From a virus: 64,000 nucleotides of DNA. How positions within the stretch are numbered: the stretch's first letter is position 1; each line of letters opens with the position of its first letter. Shown here in pieces: positions 1 through 8,317 of this stretch. Under the pieces are notes generated by a model. That model was not told where the DNA came from. It did not search any database and was given only the letters and a program-made list of their open reading frames with translations. Made by a program: the position numbers and the translations under genes. Location of the stretch: positions 1 to 64,000 of IMG/VR virus record IMGVR_UViG_3300035396_000367, one strand, 5' to 3'.

Positions 1-466
1 CCGGTCTACAGATTGAAGGGTTCTTGTATTTCCCAAACGGTGCGTTGAACATACCTTTCTGATTCTCACGGTATAATCCGTTGTAACAGGTCTTGTTCAG
101 AAAATAGAAAAGAACCGTTCTGTCTTTACCACCTGCGTTGTACATAGCACGGAGATCATAAAAGTATTCTTCCCTTTGTTCCTGTGACATAAATAGAAAT
201 TTACGCTCATACTTTTGCAGCGTCTTTATGAACCACTTGCAGTCATCCCTGACAAGCTCATAGCACTTAATCAAGTCTTTATTACCGTCGTTCAGGAAAG
301 CTTTACGTATACCGTAAGTCTCGTACAGGTGGAAAAACATAGCCGCCCCGCCAGCAAAAGGCTCATAATAAGTCATATCTTCAATACATGTAGGAAGCAG
401 TGTGTCCAGAACTGGCATTAGTTGACGTTTACCGCCGGCCCATTTAACGATTGGTGAAAATTTCAT
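1..466 (-). CDS. dam: DNA adenine methyltransferase (Dam/D12 class), 3' end beyond the window
   Basis: Not in the ORF track. Manual translation from ATG at 466 (SD AAGGA upstream) gives MKFSPIVKWAGGKRQLMP...YYEPFAGGAAMFF...AFLNDGNKDLI...FFYFLNKTCYNGLYRENQKGMFNAPFG, which contains the Dam motifs KWAGGK, EPFxGG and LNxxCYNGLYR. Confidence 0.93.
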   Translation of the reverse strand, partial: MKFSPIVKWAGGKRQLMPVLDTLLPTCIEDMTYYEPFAGGAAMFFHLYETYGIRKAFLNDGNKDLIKCYELVRDDCKWFIKTLQKYERKFLFMSQEQREEYFYDLRAMYNAGGKDRTVLFYFLNKTCYNGLYRENQKGMFNAPFGKYKNPSICRP

Positions 467-481
467 TATAATTCCTTACGT

Positions 482-512
482 ATATAGTACAGTTTTTCCG
501 AGTAATCCCTAA
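482..512 (-). promoter_or_regulatory. Putative phage-specific promoter TTAGGG-N17-TACTAT upstream of dam
   Basis: Minus strand TTAGGGATTACTCGGAAAAACTGTACTATAT. The same 31-nt pattern (TTAGGG-WWW-ACT-N10-GTACTATAT) recurs at 6866-6896; both copies lie directly upstream of an RBS. Confidence 0.6.
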
Positions 513-2086
513 GATATTTTCATACCACCTGATGCAAAAATATCCATAGGACTTGCCGACGCAGCCACTTTTGGAAGCTCCTCATAGTACATATCTCGGT
601 CGTGGAAGTCTTCCGGCTTTACTATGTCAAGTCCAAGCAGTACCTGGTCCTGTGAAAAAACGTCTGTCGTATACAGGGTAGTAGTCTGTGCTTTAAAGAA
701 TAGGTTTATAACTTTACCCATTCTACCCTGGCGTTGCTTAGCTATCTCAAGTTCGAGTAAATCAACATCCTCTTTTGGATCATAATACTTCTGACGATAC
801 AGGAAGAAAATGTTATCTGCAACTTCCTCAAAAGCACCTGTTTGTTTCAGCGATGACATTCTAGGTCTGTAGTTATACTTCTTTGTTTTTGGATCTTTCT
901 TCCCGGTCTCAATGGAACGTCCAATTTGGGCCACTAGAACAAAGTGACAGTTCAGTGTCTTGGCAAGCATCTGTGCTTTTTTCAGAGCCTTAGCGTGAGC
1001 CGCAGTTGAATCACGCGTATCATCCATATCCGCTAACCGGCCGAATAAGTCGAATATAACTACCATTGAATTTACACCGAGCTTACGCTTCAATCCCTCA
1101 ATTCTTTTCGCTGCTTGGTCGAGCGTTTGGGAGGGTGTGTCGTCTATGTGGATATAACTGTTTCTCTGTTTACCACGACAGAAAGTATTTATCTTACCAG
1201 TCTGGTACTCTGTCCACCCGGATGGATTCCGGATTATATCGTGAAGGTCTACCTGTGTACCTATCGAAACAATACGATCCGATAAAGGGACCTTTTGCAT
1301 CTCCAATGAACAGATAGCAACGTGAACCGGCTCGGTAAGCATTGAGTGACCAACGTTCACACCAAACAAAGTATTGTCCGAACCCATGTTTATAAATTCA
1401 GACATGTTACTTATTCTAACCGCGACATTATCAACGAATGCGGATTTACCGCAACCTGGTCTGGCACCGACTATCGTTACACGACCCGGAGCAAACGCTT
1501 CTGTCAGAAAATAATCTAAGTGGCTGAACCCTGTCGGAATAAATGACAAACCTTTCCGCCTACGCTCAAGCTCCGCAGCCCAGTCACCTGCAAGTATCGA
1601 ACCTAACGTTTGGTACATGTCCTCTGCGTTTAAGTCAGAGTTAATTATTTTAGATTTTACTATTTCAAGTTCTGCAAGGAGTGCATCCTCACCAGTGCTG
1701 TCGTCTGCTACATACTGAGATATCTTTGGTGTAAGGTATGTAGACAATTCTGTTTTCAAAGCGTTTCTTTTAACAGACTCTATCGCCGCACGAAGCGCAG
1801 ATTCATTCATTTCCCCGGCTGATGTCCTACCGTAGGTTCGGAATGATTCTATTATCTCTGGAGATACCGGAGATGAAGCATTACACTCGTGTGCAAGCAT
1901 GTTTAGAGTAGCTACGTCTAAGGATAAACCTCGTAAGTGAGCAGATGCAATCGCGTAAAAAAGATCAGATACCCCTGGTGAGTAGAAGTCTGTTGCTTCA
2001 AGTCTCGGTATATACTTTGATCTTAAACTTTCATCGGTGAGTAGCCTACTAACAATCGTCTGTTCGGCCAGTTCTAAGTTCGCCAT
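509..2086 (-). CDS. dnaB: Replicative DNA helicase, DnaB-like
   Basis: N-terminal domain (ELAEQTIVSRLL...DFYS), IPTGFSHLD, Walker A GARPGCGKS, SLEM, LVAQIGR, RPRMSSLKQTGAFEEVAD, IAKQRQG. The start is probably ATG at 2086, which overlaps the dnaC stop (TAATG); the ORF track starts at 2092. Confidence 0.92.
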   Translation of the reverse strand: MANLELAEQTIVSRLLTDESLRSKYIPRLEATDFYSPGVSDLFYAIASAHLRGLSLDVATLNMLAHECNASSPVSPEIIESFRTYGRTSAGEMNESALRAAIESVKRNALKTELSTYLTPKISQYVADDSTGEDALLAELEIVKSKIINSDLNAEDMYQTLGSILAGDWAAELERRRKGLSFIPTGFSHLDYFLTEAFAPGRVTIVGARPGCGKSAFVDNVAVRISNMSEFINMGSDNTLFGVNVGHSMLTEPVHVAICSLEMQKVPLSDRIVSIGTQVDLHDIIRNPSGWTEYQTGKINTFCRGKQRNSYIHIDDTPSQTLDQAAKRIEGLKRKLGVNSMVVIFDLFGRLADMDDTRDSTAAHAKALKKAQMLAKTLNCHFVLVAQIGRSIETGKKDPKTKKYNYRPRMSSLKQTGAFEEVADNIFFLYRQKYYDPKEDVDLLELEIAKQRQGRMGKVINLFFKAQTTTLYTTDVFSQDQVLLGLDIVKPEDFHDRDMYYEELPKVAASASPMDIFASGGMKIS

Positions 2087-2799
2087 TACCAACCCTTCCT
2101 TAAATTCTCTGTAAGGTTTTTAGTATACCCACCAGCAAATTCAAATATTAAATTTTTCCTACGAATCAACGAGTCTATACTTATACCAAATGTAGAAGCA
2201 AATGCACCGTTCTCATCTAAAATGTTTGTCGTCATAATAGTTGACAACCCTTTACTATCACGAGCTCTGAGTAGTAGATCTAATTCCTTCACCTGAAACT
2301 TATCCTGTGCAAGGTTTACTTTATCCACATCATCCAATACTAAGATTTTCGATTCTCGAATAAAGTCAAGATCAGCATAACCCTCATCGTCTCCTGGTTT
2401 CCATGTACGCGTTACTTTGTTTACATAGTCTCCGAAAATAACAAAGTATGCGGAGACGTTATGAAGTATTGCTTCTCTCAGAACTGCTACAGCAAGGTGA
2501 GTCTTTCCAGAGTTATTATCCCCGGATAAAACCATACCGAATCCGTTCCGTACTTTTTCATCTAAAGTCTCTACGTACCTTGATACCATTTTGTACCCCT
2601 CGGCAGTACCAGGTGTCACTACATAATTCTGCAGAGTCTTATCCCTATACTTTTCCGGGATGTTTGATTCTTCAAACATAGTCTCTAACCGTTTACGCGT
2701 CGAGTATTCTCTCCGGCAAGGACATAACGTCATACCGCTTGAACCAAAAATGTATCCATCGTCACACGGAGGAATACCGCAGGGTTTAAATGATTCCAA
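2086..2799 (-). CDS. dnaC: DnaC/IstB-like AAA+ helicase loader
   Basis: N-terminal Cys cluster (CGIPPC...CPC), SNIPEKY, Walker A GDNNSGKTH, Walker B ILVLDDV, sensor TIMTTN; adjacent to dnaB; TTG start. Confidence 0.88.
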   Translation of the reverse strand: MESFKPCGIPPCDDGYIFGSSGMTLCPCRREYSTRKRLETMFEESNIPEKYRDKTLQNYVVTPGTAEGYKMVSRYVETLDEKVRNGFGMVLSGDNNSGKTHLAVAVLREAILHNVSAYFVIFGDYVNKVTRTWKPGDDEGYADLDFIRESKILVLDDVDKVNLAQDKFQVKELDLLLRARDSKGLSTIMTTNILDENGAFASTFGISIDSLIRRKNLIFEFAGGYTKNLTENLRKGW

Positions 2800-2940
2800 T
2801 TAGTCCTCTCTTATAATTCCAATTTTTAGCAGAATCATCTCTATAAAAGTCAGCAGTGCCATAATTACAAGTAGCCCTACCCAGTACACATTCTCTTTAA
2901 AGTTTTCTGCTGCGTTTTTTAACCGGTTTAATGTCTTCAA
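2800..2940 (-). CDS. Unannotated small single-TM membrane protein (46 aa)
   Basis: TTG at 2940 with GAGGA 8 nt upstream. Translation MKTLNRLKNAAENFKENVYWVGLLVIMALLTFIEMILLKIGIIRED*. Its TAA (2800-2802) abuts the dnaC TTG, and it fills the ruvC-dnaC gap exactly. Confidence 0.6.
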   Translation of the reverse strand: MKTLNRLKNAAENFKENVYWVGLLVIMALLTFIEMILLKIGIIRED

Positions 2941-3607
2941 TTTTAATATCCTCTAATGCAGAAAGCACATCGTCGTCTATTTTAGACTCGACACCTTCAA
3001 ACTTAACTTGGTCAACAATACCCTCTTGTACACCGCCCCAGAACGCTATAAGTGCAGACTCAGCCATCCCGTCATGGTATGTAGTACACTTACTTGTCTT
3101 TTTGAAAGAGAAATTTGGAAAAAGTTTCTGAGCAATTTCTATCGCCATTTCCTTATCGGCCAGTTTACCTTTAGGGAATATATCTTTCTTCCACTTCTGT
3201 GGCCTAGTAAATTTTACTTCACACCCTGAACCGGAAAGTACACCCACAACTAATCCGAAAGCTTCACCAAAGCTGAACATAGACACCACACCCTGCCCCG
3301 GCATAGCTGTAACTTCTTCAACATACGCCACGATCTTCCCTGTACTTCTGCTTTGAATCTCATGGACGAAACGAGACATCTCGTTGAAGTCTATTATGCT
3401 TTTTGTTTTGAACCCAGGCTTCTTCGGTTTCTTCCCTGCTGCAATTTGCTCTGGTGTTAACTTTTTAACCTTTCTTCTCGTCGACAATGTTTTTACATAC
3501 GTAGGTGTTGGAATAGAGGCTATGTACTTAACAACCCTGTCACTTATTGCGATAGCTGTTATTGCACCATCCTTCCCCGGGTCCACGCCTATTACTACAG
3601 TATTCAT
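2897..3607 (-). CDS. ruvC: Phage RuvC-like Holliday junction resolvase
   Basis: VIGVDPGKDGA, AYVEEVTAMPGQGVVSMFSFG, PQKWKK and HDGMAESALIA match phage RuvC motifs. It also has a Lys-rich insertion and a charged C-terminal tail. Confidence 0.85.
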   Translation of the reverse strand: MNTVVIGVDPGKDGAITAIAISDRVVKYIASIPTPTYVKTLSTRRKVKKLTPEQIAAGKKPKKPGFKTKSIIDFNEMSRFVHEIQSRSTGKIVAYVEEVTAMPGQGVVSMFSFGEAFGLVVGVLSGSGCEVKFTRPQKWKKDIFPKGKLADKEMAIEIAQKLFPNFSFKKTSKCTTYHDGMAESALIAFWGGVQEGIVDQVKFEGVESKIDDDVLSALEDIKIEDIKPVKKRSRKL

Positions 3608-3843
3608 TTTACGTGACTAACCATTTCTTCAGATTTTTCTTCCATGAGCTGAAGAAATACTTTTGCAGCATCCTTTGATGATATTGTTAATCCGTTGTTA
3701 CTATGTTTCCAGTAGACTTCCTCGTCTGGCTCGTCCTCCCTCTTCCACATAACACTTATCCTGAAATTGTTTACACCTTTGAACTCACCAAATGTGATTG
3801 ACAATGCTTTTGTTTCTGATAGTTTTATTGTTTTGTTTTGCAT
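3604..3843 (-). CDS. PC4/YdbC-like ssDNA-binding protein (putative)
   Basis: 79 aa. LSITFGEFKGVNNFRISVMW...WKHSNNGLTIS resembles the PC4-fold pattern (EFKG...IR...KGISL); located in the replication block. Confidence 0.6.
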   Translation of the reverse strand: MQNKTIKLSETKALSITFGEFKGVNNFRISVMWKREDEPDEEVYWKHSNNGLTISSKDAAKVFLQLMEEKSEEMVSHVK

Positions 3844-4871
3844 ACCTTTTCCTTTTTTGGTTTTAAATCTGTGTATACTTCACACGTTTTGTAAAGTCTC
3901 ATCTCGTCTACAGGGCTTGCAAGGTACGGCTGTCCGTTCACATCCAACGGGTGCCACAACTTAGCAGCGTATGGAAATACAGGGCTCTTTGATTCACGTA
4001 GCGTTTCGTCTACATACTTTTTGAAGTTAGGAGACTTAGCTAGTTTGTCGGCAGTGTCCTCAGTTACACCTTTAATCATGTTTGCAAACTTAGGACGCAT
4101 AACTGATTTAAAATAGGATAAAAGAATTACTCTTTTTTTGATTAGATTAACACCAGTCATCTCACCGTTGGATATACGATCTAAATAGTTTTTAACTGTT
4201 TCATGGAATCTTTCCGGAGCATTTATATGCGGTGACTTATACTTGATGAGGTTTTCGTGGAACTGAGCCATAGCCTTTGTCCCTGGAGCGTAGTTTAGTA
4301 TTTTACAAATCTGTTCGAATAACGGCTTTGTCTTTTCGGGTATGTCTGATATTAAGTCTGAAGTAATAGAAACTCTTTTATCTTTCATCTTACCGTGAAA
4401 GTCTCTGAGTGAATCTGCACGTGAGCTTTGAATGTCTTCCACATCCTGCTTCATTCTGTGAAGCGTTGATGCAGCTTTAGTTACCTTGTACTCTTTCGCG
4501 TACTCACCCGTGAAAGGAACTGTTGGGACATTAAGGGCGTTACCAAACGATCCAACATACTTTTTGTATAATGGAGAACTTAGCGCGAGGTCACGTATCT
4601 TCCACATAACCACAACGTAAGAGCCACCTGTCTTATCTAGTATACCAATCTTCATGAACTTTTGTAAAAACTTTATTGCTGTAGCATGTGGTATTCCATG
4701 GATATCTTCGATCATCTCCTGGTCAAACACGGCTGTCCCGGATGCAACATCCTGGGTAGCTATTATTAAATCAAGCAGTACCAATTCGTCACAGTTTAAA
4801 CCTAAAAACTTTGTGTACATCACACCAACTGAGTATGTGTACCTATCACCTGGAAAATTAAATAAACTCAT
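3825..4871 (-). CDS. Hypothetical protein, possible replication initiator with N-terminal winged HTH
   Basis: 348 aa. The N-terminus (LGLNCDELVLLDLII...QEMIEDIHGIPHATAIKFLQKFMKIGIL) looks like a wHTH; it lies upstream of dnaC/dnaB and has an ATGA overlap with the helicase gene. Confidence 0.45.
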   Translation of the reverse strand: MSLFNFPGDRYTYSVGVMYTKFLGLNCDELVLLDLIIATQDVASGTAVFDQEMIEDIHGIPHATAIKFLQKFMKIGILDKTGGSYVVVMWKIRDLALSSPLYKKYVGSFGNALNVPTVPFTGEYAKEYKVTKAASTLHRMKQDVEDIQSSRADSLRDFHGKMKDKRVSITSDLISDIPEKTKPLFEQICKILNYAPGTKAMAQFHENLIKYKSPHINAPERFHETVKNYLDRISNGEMTGVNLIKKRVILLSYFKSVMRPKFANMIKGVTEDTADKLAKSPNFKKYVDETLRESKSPVFPYAAKLWHPLDVNGQPYLASPVDEMRLYKTCEVYTDLKPKKEKVCKTKQ

Positions 4872-6289
4872 GTTATTTCAAACCCCCATTCCGCATACCA
4901 CCTTGCTCGACACTCCCATATCTTTGCAAGGTATTTTACTTTATCATCTATGTAATCATATACGGTAGGAGTCATCTTCCCTGACAACATCCTCCGGATA
5001 CGCCCGACACGTTGTTTTAAGTTACCCTCATTATTAGATGGGCACGTTAGATGTACAACATTCAGGCATGGAACATCCAACGCTTCATCCGCAAGCTTTG
5101 TAGCGAGCAGAACATCAAAATCACCTTCCCGACAAGTACTCAGAGTATCTTTTCGATACACCCTATCTTTCTTACCGTGAAGTACAAAAGCATTTACACC
5201 AAACTTTTCTGACAGTATCTTACCAAGCATCTCACAGTGTTCAACTCTTTCCGATAGCACGATCTGTTTCTTGCCCAGTTTATGCTCGTTTAAAATCCTC
5301 TGAAGTATCTGTGCGTTTCTGTATTTATCTGCAGCAATACTATTTAGCATCCTGCTCCAAGTTGCAACACCGGTGTAATCAAAAAAGTAGTCTGTTGCAA
5401 CACGTATAACTTTAGCTGAAGTTATTATACCAGCGTCTTCCAGTTCTGCATCACTTATAACAAAAATCTTACTTCCGATGTATTCGTACAGTAGGAAGTG
5501 CATCTTGTCTTTTCTGAACGGAGTTGCTGAAACACCGAACCTGTACTTTGCCGGTATCCTGTTTATACAAAACATAAAAGTTTCAGCAGGGGCTCTGTGG
5601 CACTCGTCGATTAGTAAGGTCCCGAAAGTTCGTTGAATCTCTGCCCATTGTTCAGGTGTTGCATTCGATAAGGATTGCACCAGTGCCACTGTAATGTCAC
5701 CTATCTCAAACCTACCATCCCCAATCACACCTATTGTTGCGTCTTCCAGAATAAACTTTTCTTTTATCTGTTCAATCCACTGCTGTTGCAAGTCTTTCAT
5801 ATGAACAAGAATTAGTGTCCGTTGCCGTCGAGCTGATGCTTCGTATATTGCTAGAACTGTTTTACCGGAACCACAAGGTGCTTCTATCACACCTTGTTCG
5901 AACTTTGATATAACCTCTCTCGCTTTAGCCTGATGAGGTCTTAACTTTAACCAAGGCTGTGGGTAGAACTTTATTGGCTCTGATGTTACTCTACGATCTA
6001 TGTATTCGATTGAGTACCCAAACTCAGCCAGAACAACCCTCGCGTAAGCACCTGTACCTCTTGGTATGCAAAAGTACGTGGGTGTTTCCGCATAGGATAA
6101 AACGTATTCCTGTATCCCTAATTCTCTAACCTTTTGCCTATCCCCACGAGCCTGCGCTAAAGCAAATTCAAACTTTGGATTCTTATGTGTTAAATCGTAT
6201 CTGAATTTCTCTTTAATCGGCTCTGGAATAGTTATAGGTAACCTGAGAACTGTATCAATTATTACCGGTATTTTCTGTTGCTGCTGCAT
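4868..6289 (-). CDS. Superfamily 2 DNA helicase (DExH; UvsW/A18/XPB-like)
   Basis: Q motif LRPHQ, Walker A APCGSGKT, DECH, motif III SATP, EALDVP, motif VI QRVGRIRR, VYDYID. Confidence 0.92.
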   Translation of the reverse strand: MQQQQKIPVIIDTVLRLPITIPEPIKEKFRYDLTHKNPKFEFALAQARGDRQKVRELGIQEYVLSYAETPTYFCIPRGTGAYARVVLAEFGYSIEYIDRRVTSEPIKFYPQPWLKLRPHQAKAREVISKFEQGVIEAPCGSGKTVLAIYEASARRQRTLILVHMKDLQQQWIEQIKEKFILEDATIGVIGDGRFEIGDITVALVQSLSNATPEQWAEIQRTFGTLLIDECHRAPAETFMFCINRIPAKYRFGVSATPFRKDKMHFLLYEYIGSKIFVISDAELEDAGIITSAKVIRVATDYFFDYTGVATWSRMLNSIAADKYRNAQILQRILNEHKLGKKQIVLSERVEHCEMLGKILSEKFGVNAFVLHGKKDRVYRKDTLSTCREGDFDVLLATKLADEALDVPCLNVVHLTCPSNNEGNLKQRVGRIRRMLSGKMTPTVYDYIDDKVKYLAKIWECRARWYAEWGFEIT

Positions 6290-6836
6290 TCTCTTTCTTT
6301 TTTACACCGATGGCAACATCACCGAAAAACTCTTGGATAAGTTCTTTTTCAGTGAACCCTGCAACCGCGATGTACTTCTCTTTGAAAGATGCCGCATCAT
6401 TTAAAAGTTTTGGATTTACGTAAAACTTGATATACCCAGGTACTGAAACTTTCAATTCTTTTTTGAATAGAAAGTTAGTAATCCTGGATATTAGTGTGTA
6501 CCGAGGTGACTGTACGGAATAACCGTACTTGTAGTCTTGATGCATGGAGGAGATCATCGCGTGCACCTTGTCCATACCCTTGGCTGTTTTTGCAATAACG
6601 GACAGCATGTCTAGTGCATTCACTCTCTGGCAGTATGGGCAAGCAAGAAACCCATCAGAGATAATTATCGTATTGGTTGTCCGCCCACATCTTTTACATT
6701 CGTGGACATTAACCTCTGAGTACTTTTTTACAATCTTTTTAGCAACCCGTTTATCTTCCGGGTCCGAAATAAGGTCGTTTATAGCAGTAGTAGTATCATT
6801 ACTAAACTGCTCCCTCTGCTCTTTAAGTTCTTTCAT
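6255..6836 (-). CDS. Hypothetical Zn-ribbon protein
   Basis: 193 aa with CKRC...CPYC; SD AAGGA; first gene of the replication block. Confidence 0.7.
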   Translation of the reverse strand: MKELKEQREQFSNDTTTAINDLISDPEDKRVAKKIVKKYSEVNVHECKRCGRTTNTIIISDGFLACPYCQRVNALDMLSVIAKTAKGMDKVHAMISSMHQDYKYGYSVQSPRYTLISRITNFLFKKELKVSVPGYIKFYVNPKLLNDAASFKEKYIAVAGFTEKELIQEFFGDVAIGVKKKENAAATENTGNN

Positions 6837-6838
6837 TA

Positions 6839-6885
6839 TTCGTTCCTTGTAAATATTTCATACCAATATAGTACGAAGGAACGAA
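6839..6885 (-). promoter_or_regulatory. RBS-sequestering RNA hairpin (10-bp perfect inverted repeat)
   Basis: TTCGTTCCTT (6839-6848) and AAGGAACGAA (6876-6885) are exact reverse complements. In the minus-strand mRNA the 3' arm contains the SD (AAGGA) of the gene starting at 6836. Confidence 0.6.
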
Positions 6886-6896
6886 GTTTACCCTAA
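6866..6896 (-). promoter_or_regulatory. Putative phage-specific promoter TTAGGG-N17-TACTAT at the start of the replication block
   Basis: Minus strand TTAGGGTAAACTTCGTTCCTTCGTACTATAT; same motif and spacing as 482-512. Confidence 0.6.
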
Positions 6897-6898
6897 AG

Positions 6899-7405
6899 TT
6901 AAGATTTAAGCAAACGAGAAACAATACTCGCGTCTATTTTGACACCGTCTTTTTCGCATATTTCTCTGAATACATTCATATCGAAGTTTGGACATGTCTT
7001 ACCTCCGGCAGTCGGAAGCTCGTAGTGACCCAAAAGCTTAACACCGGGAACAATATTACGGAATAAACGTACCAGATTGTATGCTGTCTGGAACTGAGCA
7101 ATGGAGAACTTGTTTACACCTATCAGGCAGAAACCTAGTGAATTTTCGTTGAACCCCTTAGCGTGCGCACCAACTTCCTCTTTCTCAATAATAGTATCAA
7201 GGTCTAACCCCCTACCGATCTCGAACAAACCGTCATCCGCTGAAGCGTATGCTTTTGTTGACTTTCTGAAACCGTTTAGGATAACACCGTTGTACCCTAT
7301 ATCTTTCCAACCGTTACCCTGTACGTGCCACTCTTTTACCAGAGCTGCATCGCCAAAACCGCTGTCGCTACAATGAAAAACTAATGCCTCTATTCTCTTA
7401 TCCAT
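6899..7405 (-). CDS. Endolysin, N-acetylmuramoyl-L-alanine amidase (Amidase_2, T7 lysozyme-like)
   Basis: VFHCS (Zn ligand His), WHVQGNGWKDIGYN, VGAHAKGFNENSLGFCLIG, GHYE...KTCPNF (His/Cys Zn ligands). No separate cell-wall-binding domain. SD GGAGG. Confidence 0.92.
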   Translation of the reverse strand: MDKRIEALVFHCSDSGFGDAALVKEWHVQGNGWKDIGYNGVILNGFRKSTKAYASADDGLFEIGRGLDLDTIIEKEEVGAHAKGFNENSLGFCLIGVNKFSIAQFQTAYNLVRLFRNIVPGVKLLGHYELPTAGGKTCPNFDMNVFREICEKDGVKIDASIVSRLLKS

Positions 7406-7427
7406 TTTATTCCTCCGATTCCTTTTT

Positions 7428-8255
7428 TTAATTTTGTGAGTTCGCGTAAATTCCGATAACTACGGCAACAAGTACCATAGCGATAGGGACCCAAATATGT
7501 GTTTTATTTTTGAAAAAGCGTTTCGCTTTGTAGGTGAATAACCGGAACTTCTCTTTGAATGTAAATTTCTTTGCAGTCTTTTTATCAACTGAAATCCAGG
7601 CTTCCCGCTTTGCAGCAAGATCTTCGAAATCTTCCCATGACATTTCAACGTACCCGTCTTCATCCCATTTCTCATTCCAACTGTTTCTGATTAGCAACCC
7701 ATGTTCGGAAGAAGCAGCTGCACACACCAAATGGTAACCACGTAAAGTACCATTCTCAGGCTTCCATATCTGTCCGTCACTTCCGTAGATAGGAATAGAT
7801 AGTGTTACAGTTGTTTTAGCGTTCATCGCGTCGATTACATCCTGCCGTGTATATGCTCTGTAATACGACTCAATCTTTAGAAGTTCAGCCATCTTTTTCT
7901 TCTCTGCATCCCACGTAAAGTTTGACATATATGGGCACATGGATTCTGGCAAACAACCTATAGTTCTTTGAATTTCGTAAGCATTCCTTGGATACATCCC
8001 GTCGGAGTCTTGGTTAACCCTATTGATGTATGTAAGCCACGGTGCGATGTAATCTTTCAATTTCGAGTCGAAAGCTTCCTGAACCTCTCTCTGCGTGGCT
8101 GTAGCGAACGCTACACAGGATCCTAGCATACCTTGGTCCCTAACTGGCCGTAGGTATTGTCTGAAGTCAATATCCCAGTTTGATGCTTTTGGAAAAATAC
8201 CAGCAGCTTTCCAGTCTCTTCTGTCTTCCGGTGATAAAAGTAAATTAAAATTCAT
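7428..8255 (-). CDS. Papain-like cysteine peptidase (family C1) with C-terminal membrane anchor
   Basis: IDFRQYLRPVRDQGMLGSCVAFA (oxyanion Q, catalytic C), GYHLV (H), IRNSWNEKWDEDGY (N). A basic stretch precedes a hydrophobic tail IWVPIAMVLVAVVIGIYA. Start placed at ATG 8255 because of the SD TAAGGAG; the ORF track starts at 8309. Confidence 0.88.
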   Translation of the reverse strand: MNFNLLLSPEDRRDWKAAGIFPKASNWDIDFRQYLRPVRDQGMLGSCVAFATATQREVQEAFDSKLKDYIAPWLTYINRVNQDSDGMYPRNAYEIQRTIGCLPESMCPYMSNFTWDAEKKKMAELLKIESYYRAYTRQDVIDAMNAKTTVTLSIPIYGSDGQIWKPENGTLRGYHLVCAAASSEHGLLIRNSWNEKWDEDGYVEMSWEDFEDLAAKREAWISVDKKTAKKFTFKEKFRLFTYKAKRFFKNKTHIWVPIAMVLVAVVIGIYANSQN

Positions 8256-8280
8256 TATAAACTCCTTACGTGTTAATTTA

Positions 8281-8309
8281 AGTATACTATGGCTGTACCT
8301 TATTCTCAA
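8281..8309 (-). promoter_or_regulatory. Sigma70-like promoter for the peptidase and amidase genes
   Basis: TTGAGA (8304-8309), 17-nt spacer, TATACT (8281-8286), about 25 nt upstream of ATG 8255. Confidence 0.55.
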
Positions 8310-8317
8310 CTGATACT

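Noticed and set aside
1330-1470. Intein in DnaB near Walker A
   Set aside because: The insertion is only about 25 aa and lacks the C...HN splice motifs.
3825-4871. Iteron-type origin inside the putative initiator gene
   Set aside because: No convincing direct repeats were found by eye.
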